Part shown: piece by piece, positions 10,201-23,224 of the stretch | Position numbering within the stretch: position 1 is the stretch's first letter | Layout: each line of letters opens with the position of its first letter | NCBI GenBank assembly: GCA_026026165.1 | Contig: JAPEUD010000012.1 | Coordinates: forward strand, 62,001-126,000 | DNA: 64,000 nucleotides | Source: Sarea resinae | Taxonomy: Eukaryota | Reading direction: 5' to 3' | The notes under the pieces: generated by a model | Databases searched by the model: none | What the model was told of the DNA's origin: nothing | The model's input: only the letters and a program-made list of their open reading frames with translations | Program-made: the position numbers and the translations under genes

Positions 10201-13200
10201 AGAAACAACTTCAGGACCTGGCGGGAAATGCCATGAGCACAACCGTGGTAGGAGCAGCGATTTTGGCAGCCCTTATAAGCGGATACAAAGCTTTCGAGAG
10301 CGGGGTTGGTAGTGATCCGATGGAAATAACAGACGACCAACAAGCGTTCTACTTGAAGGGAGAAGAACAACTGGTGGAAAAGGTCCTTGACCTATCCCAA
10401 CATAAGAGCTTGGGGCTAGAGACCTTTTGTCTCCAGGCAGACCATTCGGCACGCCTCTGTCTTTGCGAAGGGCGCGCGTCAATTACTCCGCGCAAACTTC
10501 AACGGTGTGAATTGTGTGGCCATACCACGTGCGAAAAGTGTGGCGGGACGCCTATCCACAAATACAAGAGAATACCAGATACAGAGACCCAAGAACGTAT
10601 CAGACCTGCGGATTTTCAGGACCTGGTTCAATCTGCTTTGCCGATGCGGTTGAAGATAACTGGATTGACCTTCCCCGTTTTAGACAAGCTCGCGCAAAAT
10701 CCTTTATTCAGTGTGACCGACAAGGATTGGGAGATGTTTACTGCGAAGGTACAACCTGCCCTCGGTGTTGAGCTACGCTTCCAATCTGTGGTGAGAGGTC
10801 AAACCTGGACTGTGCACTATGATGCACCGACTTCTCATCTCGAGCTTTCAATCGCGAACGGCGTGGCGGAATGGCGTCTATTTGCGAAACCGGAGCAAAG
10901 CGAACCAGTCAATAGTCGGGTAAGATTATTGTTGCGGCGGCCATACGCTCGCATGAGACCCAAAGGTACTCTTATTGAGGGCGACTGGCAATTTTGTTTC
11001 CCGTCGCAGCAAAAAATCAAGGTCACCATCAAAGGAGTAGGTTCTCATCAAAAAAGCTGGGAGGCTTCCTTGGGCCTTGTAGATGCAACGACGCCTGTTT
11101 GGTCAGCCTGGGAAGTGTCCGTGGATCCAGAAGATGCGGCCTTTCTGGACGTAGACGTGTCAGGATCATATAAGTCGCTCCCTGACTGTGGTAAAGCATC
11201 AGGAAGTCTTCATAAGAACATATCCCGGAAAGACAGATCCCCGGTCTTCCTCTTTCTGGACCCCACGCGTCTCGGAGATCAGAAGCAGGATTCCTTTGTT
11301 TTTTCGACGGACCTTCGGCGGCTAAATCACAATGAATCTCGACCAATCATCATCAAATTGGATCCACGCTGGCGTCCATCAGACACAGAAGAATCTGAGG
11401 TGGTTGACGCGTTTCTAGATGGCCAATGGGTGGCTTGCCCTGCTCTCTCCGTCGATCCTCTCCTAACAGGATCTCCGGCCACATACTCGACTCCTCGTGA
11501 GGACTTATCAATTGAGCTTTCTACTAATTCTTGTGATGCCGCACACATCATGCTTACTTGTAAGGCTCCCTTAGAGAATCCAAGCGAAGGGATCTGGAGA
11601 AAAGGCGACTGGGTTGAAGTCGATAAGGTTAGCGAGCAATCAATTCTTGCTACATTTTCATGGCTCACCAACCGGGCCAAACACATTGACGCGCTGAAAT
11701 CCTGGAGGATCCTGGAAATGCCTAAAGACCTGGCTCGATGCACAACGTGCGCGCCAATGCCTCCTCCCGTGAGGTGGAAGCTGATTGACAATAAAGCTCT
11801 GGTCCCGTACGAAGATCCAGAGAAGGCCGCACCGTATGAGCGAGCTCTAAAAGGTCGTCCAGAGCCGTTCGTGATACAGCTCCGAGTCGATGACGACGAG
11901 AAGGGACAGTTCAGAGTTGGTCTCAATGTGTCATCTCTAGCGCATCGGGTACTTGCAAACCTCGCTGGAGGAGACTCCGATTTTAGCAATATAGAGCTTT
12001 CATGGCGACTGAACACGGATTATAAGGAGCCCTCTTCGAAGATTGAACTGCCAAAGTTCAGATTGCTGAGTAACAAGGACGATCTCCCTTGTCTCCAACC
12101 TCCCAACTTCAAAACGCCACTACGCCCAGAACAATTGCGCTCCGAGGCATGGATGATTGAGCAGGAGTCTGATTCAGCGCCGCCTTTCATTCGTGAAGAG
12201 ATCGAAGAGGCAGTCTTGCCGCAGATGGGATGGCGTGCAGAAGCTCGGGCTCGTAAAGGGGTCACTGTGCGCGGAGGAGTCCTAGCGGATCAAGTTGGCT
12301 ACGGAAAAACTGCAATTACCCTGGGTCTAATAGACTCACAGTTTGGCAAGCAAGCAAGCCTTAATCCTGATCAATTTCCTGGGCAAATCGCAGTTAAAGC
12401 CACTTTGGTCGCTGCTCCCACGCATTTGACTCATCAATGGAGAGATGAAATCACAAAGTTCCTCGGGACAAAGTATAGAGTGTTAACGCTCAAGGCTATG
12501 GGAGATCTAGCTCATGCCAGCATTCAACATATCATGGATGCGGATATCATAATCGTGTCCTGGGGCTTGCTGAACAGTGAGACCTATCTGGCAAAAGTGG
12601 CCCATTTTGCTGCGATGCCTGAAATGCCATCCGCGGCCGGCCGTGCTTTCGACGAGTGGTATGACTTTGCGCGACGGAGACTGGCAGACCATCTAGATGT
12701 ACTGAGACATGATGGTCCTAAGCATCTCAAGAATGTGCTCCCAGAGAAGCTGAGAAGCTTCGAACAAAACCCGGAGTTATTCTATTTAGTTCCTTCCAAA
12801 CGCCTTCGGGGCAAGCAGTATAGAGACGCCAAGCTCAAGGCCAAAGCGAATGGCACTATGAAGAAACAATCTCAACACGCAGGGGAAAAGCGAAAGCGAA
12901 AGCATGGAGACACCTCTGAGGATGAAAGCATGCCAGATGAGCCGAGTTCATCCAAATCGAAGCCAGTAAGGAAAGGGGGTGTAGATCCTTTTGATCTTGG
13001 AAAAGCAAAGGCCTGGAAGTCGATCAAATCTCCACTCCTTCAGTTTTTTCATTTCCGACGTTTGGTCGTCGACGAGTACACTTACTTGGAAGGAAAGAAT
13101 CACACCTGTATCACCAGCTTGGAGTCGGAGTTCCGCTGGGTACTCTCAGGAACCCCTCCTCTGGACGATTTCGCGGATATCAAGAAGATCGCCGGATTTA

Positions 13201-15112
13201 TTGGTATCGATCTCGGCGTGGATGATGATACTCCAGGATTCATAAAGCGACATAACATCAAAGCTTTGCAAAAGGATAGAACCGGCAAGTCAGCGCTTTT
13301 TGGAGATTGAGCCATTGCTAATGCCATACAGAGGTGGAAAAATTTCAGTCATTCCGCCAAGTACGCTCAGAAGCCTGGCAAATGCATCGGCATATCGGGG
13401 TTTGCCAGAGATTTCTTGATCAGCATGTTCGACAGGTAAGTAATCTGCTCTGTTCGGGTTCTCGATATACTGACAGAAGTAGAACATTGCCGAAGGCGAC
13501 GAAATCCCTGCCGTAGAGACCTTTCGGGCCGTGGCACTCCCTGCCGCGGAACGGGCCATTTACCTCGAGCTCCAGACCCATCTCATGTCACAAGACTTGA
13601 AGGTTCGTAAAGGTCGAACGCGGACGAGTAATGATCGTGAGCGTCGACTGTACCAGACTCTCGGAGAGAGCAAGTCGGCCAAGGAGGCTCTCCTAAAGCG
13701 GTGTTCGCACTTCACCCTGGATGACCTCAAGGCCGGGCAAGAAAATGCCGCTCAAGCATGCGACATCTTGGTGAAAGAGCGGGAAACCCAGTATGACGAT
13801 CTGATCTCCGAATTCCGCCAAGCGCTACGAGAGGCGGCGTGGCTGAAGAAGAAATGTAAGGATCTCGACAAACATTTTGCTGAGTGGCTGTCGAATGCCG
13901 AGTCTAATCAATTCGGCGATTGGGATGCAACGGCGGCCCTAAAGGAGCTCATTGCTAGCACCCAAAACAAACCCTGCGAACCAATCGAGACCATAGAGGA
14001 GAGTATGCCAGCTTCCAAGAAACCGGCTAAGAGCGGTAAAGGTAAAGCCAAAGACTCCAGTGTTGTGATACAGTACCCCTTCCGGAACATGTCTGTTGAG
14101 GAGACGACCCAAAATCTGCGGGAGCGCTCTCATGCTCTGAGACGCCTGACAACGGAGTTGATCTCTCGCGTGAGATCGTTGCGCTTCATCAAAGCGGTTC
14201 GTGAAGTACAGCTTAGCATGTCAGGTCTGAAGGCTGCAGCGGCAACGCGAACTTGCGCTTGCTCTCGTTGCCTTAAGTCGAACTTTCCGGCAGCCGCGAT
14301 TTTGGTTCTCAGCAGCTGTGGTCATACAACTTGCGAGGCTTGTTGGAAGGAATATCGCCAAGGTGAGGCCTGTGTGGTAGATCGATGTGGTGCGACCGTT
14401 AAGGACTACCATGTCCATACCGCGGAAGAGCTCGGAGAGGAAGACGAGAGAGCTCGCAAGGGCAAACACTATGGCAAAAAATTGGAAGATGTTCTCGATC
14501 TCATCAAGACGATTCCAAAAGATGACCAAGTGCTTCTCTTTGCGCAATTTGATGATTTGATGGAGAGAGTCTCAAACGCTCTTCAAGAGCACCAGATCAG
14601 CTTTGCCGCCATTACTCAGAGTAAGGTCAAGCAGGCAGCAGGCATCATATCTGCCTTCCAAAAGGACATTGGAAAGGCCAAGAAGAAGGTCTTGGTACTC
14701 AACGTCGCGGATGAATCTGCCAGTGGAGCGTAAGACTTCAGAAGTTTGCCCAAATTTTTTTGGATTAGACTGACCGGGTACTTGCAGGAACCTCACCAAT
14801 GCTAATCATGTGATATTTTTATCTCCTCTGCTTGCGGAAACACAGCAAAAGTATGAAGCAAATATGACCCAAGCTATTGGACGGGCTCGCCGCTATGGTC
14901 AGAAGAAGTGTGTCCATATCCATCACTTCTTATCCTTGAAGACCATCGACGTCAACATCCTCCAAGAGCGAAAGTCCAAGCGGTTGGTCCAGTTGGGTAA
15001 TGACTACAAGCTGCTTGATAAAGATGATCCTCGAGTAGAAGGGGCAGATGAGCTAGGAACTAAGGAGTTGGCGAAGCACCGAAGCTATGCATCGAGCGAG
15101 TCCGAACGCTAG
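7267..15112 (+). CDS. DNMT5: DNMT5-type C5 cytosine DNA methyltransferase fused to SNF2 ATPase and RING finger; exons 7267-7651, 8146-8985, 9032-9179, 9227-9967, 10016-13284, 13332-13435, 13483-14729, 14788-15112
   Basis: MTase motifs: I TMCSGTESP, IV GFSCVDFS (SC rather than PC, as in DNMT5), VI ILENV, VIII PHTRQRGY, X DLAGNAM. SNF2 motifs: GGVLADQVGYGKT, VVDEYTY, WVLSGTP, QAIGRARRYGQ. RING-like CSRC...SCGHTTCEAC...C...C. All junctions checked keep frame; exon 1 is the least certain part (alternative ATG at 8160). Confidence 0.9.
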
Positions 15113-16127
15113 GTAGGTCATGGACTTCTTGCCGGCGGAGGGTTTTGGTTTCCTTCTCATCTATTTTCATCCAGGCCAGGGTGCAGCTGTAGAATTCTTG
15201 ACTGGGTTACTGGTCACTAAATTGGGACGGGTTTGACGGCTGCATGGCGACCAGGGTGGTTTTCTTGTTCATTTGGCGATAGGACAACGGCGTACTGCAT
15301 GATACCTGGACGGGATGGTTTGGTAGAGCATTTGGTGATCAATAGATTTCTACGGCTTTGATTCCTGAAATCGATTCTAGGGAGAGACGAATGACACGGA
15401 TGGCTTAGTCTTGACCGTACGTGGGCCAAGAGTACCCCCTTAGGCCAAGGATGCGGAGATGGGATTCTGCCGGTCTAAATCGACATGGGGCTCAAGAGGC
15501 GGTGAGGAGAGGCTTTGCACCACACCGCCTGGCCCGCGGTGACTCGCGACTCGTCGCTCCACTGCCCAGAATTGGGATCCCAACTCAGCCCATCGTCGCT
15601 CGTCCCTCGTCATCACGCCTCCACTCCAATTCAACATTGCTCGAGCCGTTTCCCCCTCCCCCCTCTCCTCCCACCATGCGAATTTGACAGCGCCCATCTT
15701 TGAATGTTGTACAGTCGTGGCCTGTGATCATCTCTCCACCCTCCTCGGACTTCCCGAGTCCAAATTCTTGCATCTTCGCGTTCGCTCGTTCGTTTACATC
15801 GTACGACCTGTGCGCGTCAAATGTTGTCTGTTTTCCACCACTCCGATCGTTCTTTCCCCACGCCGCCATCGACGTGACGAATCTTCCATCGCAAATCATG
15901 ACCGCAATCACTCTCTGACAGGACCTGGCTTGTCTGAGAAGATGCACACTTTAACGGTCTTGCTGTCTTATATATGAGCTCATTCTCCTGCGTGCTCGAC
16001 CGACGCCAATCCATAGTGCGCATTTCCCAACGAACAGTCCACCATATGTCAATACAAATCTTGATCACAAACTCTCTCAGCTGTCTCCCTTCTCGTCTGA
16101 TGTGAAGAGCTATTTCTACTGGCGACA

Positions 16128-19100
16128 ATGGCTGAAGCGTCGCGCTCAGCACGATCCCCTGCGACAGGCCGTAAGACTTCCACAGTTTAGGCTCTTGCTT
16201 GATAGCTAATCGCGATGAGCCGCTTTCCAGAGCCAATCTACTCAACCAAGAGCGCCTGTCATCTGGTCCCGTCGACACGATCTACCCGTTCCCGAAGCAC
16301 GGCTACCAAGCCTTCAAATGATGAAACTCCGGAATCCTCGCTTGCCACGACACGATCTTCGTCCGAGACGCCAGCGCCAGGGATGAAGCGCATTCCAGGT
16401 GAAGTTCGCAAAATTGCGGATTACAATGCTCCTCCGAAGTCTTCGAATTCTTCGCCCGAGCCAGGTTCCATTCGCCCAAGAGCTGTTCGCGGTCTTTCAA
16501 ACCCATCGCCTGGATCTTTGCTAGCCTCGCCTAAGCCACCCCCAAAGCTTCCCAAGGATCTTCGGGATATAGCGGACTTTCTCCCGCTACCGTTTTCGTC
16601 GAGATCCTCACCTGAGCCGAGTCCCAGGCGTAGAAGAGTAATTCAAGCGTCACGGGATGTCAATGATCCGTCAATGTCCTCAACATCCACACCCGAATCG
16701 GGTTCTAGGCGTAAGAGGGATGCCGGGAAAGAGCGGGGCAGCAATATGACACCAGCGGTGTCGGACTCACCGAAGCCGGGTCCGAAGCGGAAAAGGTCTA
16801 CAATATCTCTTCCCCCGCGTCAAAGCCGATCCAAGAGCACTGGTGAGGAGCATGTTGCGCAAATTGAGACGTCTGCAGCTTCTAAAGTGCTTGCGCCCAC
16901 TGAAGAGATTGCCGGAGATAGTCCAACCCCCAAAACTGTCTCGGGGCTAGGCGACCCCGCCTCCGCGCCATCCTCGCATAAGGTAGCGCCCAAGCGCACA
17001 AGATTAGCTAAAGCTGCTAAAGCTGAGGTTCTAAGCCATCCGGCGGGTGTTGACGCAGCGGCGGATATTCAGAAGGAGTCCAATCTTCAAAGGGAGCTGG
17101 ACGTTGAGAAGCGAGCCGATCAGAAGCAGCAAAAGAAGCAACCTGTTCAGAAGGAGCCCAGTGTTCAAAGGGTAACCAATGATGAAAAAGACCATGACGT
17201 TCGTATAGAATCAGCGGACCGTTTGAAGCCAATCCCGTTTGGCCGAGAGAAATTTGAAGATTCTCGAATGTGGTCCAGATTAGCATCAGCCACGCCATTC
17301 GAATCGCAAAATGGGAGCGAGTTACCGCCAAAATTCATGACAGAGCATGTTCTGCCGAAATACAAACCAGCAGAAGACCCCAACGCATTCGGTGGAACCG
17401 GTGTCCCGATCAGAGGGGGCCTATACGATGAGGACGATGAATTGCTTATCTCTGCGAGTGTCCAAATGGGCAATGGTGATAACGACGATGATAATCGAGG
17501 GCTGGCTTCCACTTCTGGAAACAAATCGAAGCGGCCGCGGAAATCCAAGCATCCAAAGGCTGAGCTGCCTACGTCAGCGCCAAAGTCACAGAGAGAAAAG
17601 AATCAGGCCGCATTCGATCGAGGCACGGAAAGAGCAGACAACCTGTACAGCAAATGGCTGGAGAGTCAAAGTACGCGTCTTTGATAGTTTTAGAGGATTT
17701 GCTAATGCTGTGCAGGCCAAATAAACCGACTTCTTCAATCCTCGGGCTACTCCGGAAATGCTAGTGTGTCTCGACAAGGCAACACGCCACGAAGAGGTCA
17801 AATATCACGCAAAGGCAAACCACCTCCTGAAGACCAGCCGCGGAGAGATGTCCCGGATGGATTCAATATGCATATCGACAAACATGGCTTGCATGTTTTC
17901 TCGCCCACTGCAGACGTTTATCGAGATTTTGAAACGTTTCTCGAGGTTGTGGAAGAGTTGGCGGGTCGTGAGAAAGGGGTCGTGAAAGTTGTCGTCCCGA
18001 AGGAGAGGTATACAACATGTCCCCAACTCTCACACACTGCAGGCTGACCTTGGTGCTGAAAGTCTGGAGCCATGGGTCTGGGAGGCATCGGCACATGACC
18101 ACACGGACCAAAACGAGTCCAGCCGTGAGAAGATCAACACATACAGTCTTCAGTTGGCTTTGAACCAATACTCCAAGGGCAACAGGACAACATTCTACGA
18201 GGTCGTCAGCGAGGAGGCCAAGAAAGTTCCCGCCAAGGACTGGCACAACGTGGTCCTCGAATATGAGAATTTAGATCCTGAGAATCTTACTCTCCAAGAC
18301 AAGAGCCTCTATTGTGGAACAGAACGCGAAATGCTAGCGCGGTTTGGCAGACTCAACAATGAATGTCTTTACGCAATGGACAATGACGGTACCTCCCTCT
18401 TTTCGCCTCCTCCATTGACCACATATTAACCCAGACATGCTGCAGCAACGCCTGGTCTCCGGCGCGCGCTCCAATGCTCCGATCCTCACCTCATTTCCCT
18501 TCCCGGAAACAGCCTCAACGCATCCGACACTCTGATCCCAGGCATTCACACCCCCTATTTCTACGTCTCCCGCCACGCCGGCACGCCTTTTGCCCTCCAC
18601 ATCGAAGACTTTGCCGCCTATTCACTCAACTACATGCACTCGGGCGCGCCCAAGCACTGGCTCGTCGTGCGCCCTGCCGACCACCACGCCCTCGAGGAGT
18701 GGGCGCACGAGTTCCTCAACCCGACGCAGATCCTCCTCGGCAACCCGCTCTGGACCGACACGCGCATCCTCCCTCACAAGCGTAAGCTCCGGCATCCGCC
18801 GCCGTGCGCCCAGTTCCTCCGCCACCACGCCCTCTACGTGCCCGCGGCCACGCTCGACACGCTGCAGGTGCAGTACACGCGCGTCGAGCAGGCGCCCGGA
18901 GAGATGGTCGTCACGTTCCCGTTTGCGTATCACGAGGGCTGGAACGCGGGGCCCAACATCGCCGAGGCCGTCGGCTATGCCAGTAAGCGCTGGGAGGTGT
19001 TTGTCGGCGGACGAGGCGGCGTGCCGGGCAGGGAAGGCGACGCGCTGTTGAAGAGCTGTCGTCGTACCGCCGGCAGAGGCGGCGGCGAGGTCTGCGGTCG

Positions 19101-19140
19101 AGAGGGCTTGAAGATCCGTTGGGATTTCGCGGGCGGCTGA
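16128..19140 (+). CDS. JmjN + JmjC Fe(II)/2-oxoglutarate dioxygenase, KDM4/JMJD2-like histone demethylase with a long disordered N-terminus; introns about 16171-16230, 17671-17715, 18008-18062, 18389-18445
   Basis: JmjN-like HVFSPTADVYRDFETFL...GVVKVVVP; JmjC IPGIHTPYFY...FALHIEDFAAYSLNYMHSGAPKHW...FLRHHALY...EQAPGEMVVTFPFAYHEGWNAGPNIAEAVGYA. Iron ligands HxE...H and the 2OG-binding Lys (PKHW) are present. Confidence 0.85.
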
Positions 19141-19539
19141 GCTGGTCTGTCCGGCTCTGGCTCTGTGCCCTGCGCGCTCTGTGTATATATGTTTGACTGG
19201 ATGGACTAAGCCGGGCTGCTTGATGGAGAGAGGGGAGTGGTAGCTCCAGCTCCAGCTCCAGCGGTGGTAGTTGTAGTCCTTCAAGCGAGGCACGAATTAG
19301 TTATTTTCATTTTCTTCCTTTCCCCAAAATCCCATTCATGCCTCCATTTCGCTTTCTGTTCCCGTTGCCTTTGCTCTCGTGATCAACCGCGCGCGTTTGT
19401 TTTTTGGGGCGTAACTGTACACGGTCTCACTTTCGGACGTCCCTTTCTCTCGATTCTTATCTCTCCATTCCAACCGTGCTTCTCGACCGCGGGTCCGACT
19501 CGAATGAAAAGCAAGTCGAGCCCTCTGTCTGTCTGGCTG

Positions 19540-19770
19540 GCCATCCGTCCATCTATCTATGGAACTTGTTCTCTTTTGAGGTTGGATGATGATGGGGTCT
19601 TGTATATGGATATATGGATATATGGATATATGGATTGAATAGAGATAGTAGTAGTGTACAGAGAGAGAGAGAGAGGGGGGGGGGGTTCTGATAATACAGT
19701 AGACGGGAAAGCAGGGGAGAGGTGAGGAGAGGAGATATATAGAGAGAGAAAAAGAGGGAGAGAGAGATCT
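19540..19770. repeat. Simple-repeat cluster ((ATATGG-type), (GA)n, poly-G) between convergent JmjC and P450 genes
   Basis: tatatggatatatggatatatggatatatgga, gagagagagagaga, poly-G run seen directly. Confidence 0.8.
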
Positions 19771-19848
19771 ATGGTTCTCTCCTCGCACCAACATGAAGGG
19801 CAACCGTCATCACCAATCCGCATCCATCCCGCCCAGTCAACAAAGGGC

Positions 19849-21911
19849 TCACTTCGTCTGACCCGCCGCCCCCGATGCCGCCCCCGGCTCCTCGCGTCTC
19901 ACGAACCGCACCCCGACGGCGCCGTGTCGCATCTGCAGCGTGATCATCGAGCCCATGGCGAACTTGAGCAGATAGCGGGCCCGGTCGGCGGCCTGGTTCC
20001 ACGACTCGAAGCCGGAGCCGTGCACGTCGAGCTCGACCGTGTGCGAGCGCAGCACGGTGGCCAGCGTGGCCAGCACCTCGACTTGGGCGAAGCGGCGGCC
20101 GAGGCAGGAGCGGGCGTCGAGGCTGAAGGGGATGAAGGCGCCGCGGGTGGGGTGGTGCAGTTGTTGTTGGGGGGTTGCGCTTGGGGCGGTGGTGGTGGCT
20201 GTGTCTGTGTTGGGTGTAGTGGTCGAGGTGGTGGAGGTCGTGGGAAAGGAGAGCCAGCGACTAGGATTGAATTCATGGAGATCCTCATGGCTGCCGTCCT
20301 TTTCATCCATCGTCGCGGATGAAGCAGTCCGCGACGCTTCAGGCACCTCGGACCAATACTTCGGATTGTGGTGAACGGCCGCTACATCCAGCCCCACCAT
20401 TGCACCCCCTGGCACGACCATCTGCTTTCCGCCCACCACAATCTTCTGCGGCGTCCGAGTACATTTCGGTATGTTGACCACCGGTGGGATGACTCTCAAC
20501 GTCTCGTTCATGACCGCGCCCGTCATGCTGGTGAACAGGCGAGGGCAGTCCGTGTCAAAGTCCCATGTTTCAGGGGCACGCGATCCGAAGATCTCGTCGA
20601 GAGAGTCGTGGAGGAGGCGTTGCGAGTCGGGGAAGAGGGCGAGGTGCAAGAAGGCAAAGTGGAGGACGTTGGCGGCCGTTTCGTGCCCGGCCAGGATGAA
20701 GACGAAGGCGTTGCCCATGATTTCGCTGTCGGTGAGCAGCTGGGGGGAGGGCTGGTCTGTCTTCGTTGTAGCGGTGACGCCGGCGCCTTTGGCCAGTGCG
20801 CCTGTAGGATCAATCAATGTCAGTGACAAGGCGCCCACGAGCACGGATCTTGTGGTGAGACATACCCATCAGGTCCATGCCGTCCGAGCTGGCCTCCTCG
20901 CCGGCCAAGATCTCCGCCTTTTTCTTCTGGAAAAGCTCGGTCATGATCTTACCCCACTCGGTGTATGCTTGATATGCCCGCTTGGATGCCTCGAACGGAA
21001 GGATGGCTACGTCTATCAGTTATGGCCGATCAATCGACTCGGCGGGGTCAGGACGTACCCAGAAGCCAGTGGGGAACCACGATCAGCCAAACGAGATTAT
21101 GCAACAGCGTCGTCAAAGCATCTTTGTAGCTCATGGTATGTCCGGCTTGAATCTTCGCACTGCTGAATGCGTCCCCGGTGTCCTCAGACTCGACCCCGGG
21201 CCAAAGGCAACGGACGCCAAAGCCCGCTCGACTGATCACATGCAGACTCAACCGCATCGTGTCGTTGGCCACCGTCGACACCGTCTTCGGCTCGCCATTC
21301 GGGCCCAGCCAGCTCTTCAGCATCGACTGCGCCTGGTGAATGCTCTCCGTCCACACCATCTGATTGTTCTTCTCGGTGAAGGGCGGCGATGTGATCTTGC
21401 GGTGTTGACGCCAAACATGGCCTTCGGTGCTGACGACATTCTCACCGAAGATGCTGACGGCTTTGTAGATCTCTACGGGTTTGGGGAAGTCATGGCGGCG
21501 GTTCGCAATCTCGGAGATGGCATCAGCGTCGGCGACGACGAGCAAGCTCTTGCCCGGGGTCACCAGGAGAATGATGTCGGTGCCGAGACGCTTGAAAGGT
21601 TCGTGGAGGTCCAGCCACATGAATTCCGGAGAGAGAAAGCTGGCAATCGTCAATATTCAACTCGTCAGAATGCAGATAGAGGGTAGCTACTCGATCCACG
21701 ATTCCGTCCATGAGGCAGGCAGCTTGCGCAACCAGGGTATCCATATTCGATGGGTCGTCAGCCAGTAGCGATTGTAGATGAAGACTGGCAGCACCACGTA
21801 GGGGATTCCGGATGCTTTGGCTTCACGGATGTTGCGAGCCAGGCCACGATACCAGTTCACGGCATAGATGAGGGGAAGAAGGAGCGCCACCAAGGCCAGA
21901 ACGGACCTCAT
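19849..21911 (-). CDS. Cytochrome P450 monooxygenase, about 4 exons
   Basis: N-terminal membrane anchor MRSVLALVALLLPLIYAV, W..HRK C-helix, I-helix AGHETAA, ExxR (ETLR), FNPSRW, heme-ligand region FSLDARSCLG. Confidence 0.93.
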
Positions 21912-23224
21912 CGTTTCTTATTGTGCTATCCGAGAAAGCGAGAAAGTAGTTACAAAGATGGAACGACACAGGCAACAGGAAATATGGAAGATGAAATACG
22001 GCGAAGCACGGCCATCGGCCATCATCCGTCACGAATGGTGACGGCTGCCTTTGAGGTGCGGGCTGGGGCCGGAAGGGAAACATTCCGAGACAAAGTCATC
22101 CAGAGAGAGCTGGAGAGCTGGAGAGGGAGGAAGAAAGGCCAAAGAAGACTAGTCGCATCTCACCGCAAACACCTCCAGCGGCTCCAAACTTCCAAACGAG
22201 TGGGCGGGACAGTGCGTGAGGGAGCAAGAGGGGAGGGCGCAGGACGAAGGGGCGGGAGGATTGATGATGACATCAACTGCAACGCCAGAGTGAGAGCGAT
22301 GTACCGATGCACGACTCGAGTGGACTTGGCGGGCACGCGGGAGAAGCACGCCTGCAGAGGTAGACTTCCCGTACTCTCCGAGTCGTCCCACCTCACCTGC
22401 CTCCGCCGTCGGTCAGCCCGCATCCAACTCCCACGTCGGTACGCAAGCGATGGAGGAGGGCGGTGGAGCGTCACAGGGAGAGAGATCGGGCCCTCTCGGA
22501 TAGCAACCTCCGTCCAGCACCCTTCGTCTGGTTCTCGTTCTCCACGATGCCACGGCAGACGGGAACACCCTCGCGTAGATGGAGATGGCAGTGCGTGTTG
22601 TAGTAGAGGTCTCCTTGGCCAGGCCATCTCCCTCGTACGGCCCCGGAGATCCATGGAGGTCCTCTCGCCAGCCTTTTCCATGATGCACCTCACCGTGATC
22701 ACCATGGCTTCTCTCAAGGCGCTTCACGCGGCTATCGTCATGGCTGCAGCGTCGACGGTGACGGCCCCGCCGTCGTCGGGAAGCTCTTCTTCCTCTCTCT
22801 CGGCCAAGGCCATCTACGCCCGCAACGCCACCTCGCTACTCGGCTCCCTGGTCGTGGCTCCACCATGTTGGCCGTCCCGTCGTTGCACCGAGTCCCTTGA
22901 CCGTTGGCCTTCACGTCAGCCTCAAGGCTGCTTGGGCGGCCTCCCACGATGACCGAGGGAGACCAGAAGATGGAACGTCACCTTGTCTTCCACAGCACAG
23001 ACGGGCCTCTGAACCCGGGCCCTCCAATCGCACCATACATCACTTTCCTGCTCGTTTTGGCCTCGGCTGATTGATCTCCGCCATCACTTTTCACCTTCAT
23101 ATCACGATGGCCGAACGCCCTGGAAGAAATGATTTGATTGGATGCTTGTCTATTCACTGCTGTCCAAGCACAAGACCGTCAATGCATTCCCAACTACACT
23201 CCTATTTCCGTACTTCTCCCCGCT

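Noticed and set aside
16215..16230. ATG 16215 as JmjC start
   Set aside because: Sits between a GCTAAT branch site and the TTTCCAG acceptor; ATG 16128 splices in frame.
19849..21911. P450 as part of a secondary-metabolite cluster
   Set aside because: No PKS, NRPS, terpene synthase, DMATS or transporter in the window.
21750..22952. 400-aa plus-strand ORF
   Set aside because: Overlaps P450 exon 1 and its promoter antisense; Arg/Gly/Ser-rich with no motif; likely a GC-driven chance ORF.
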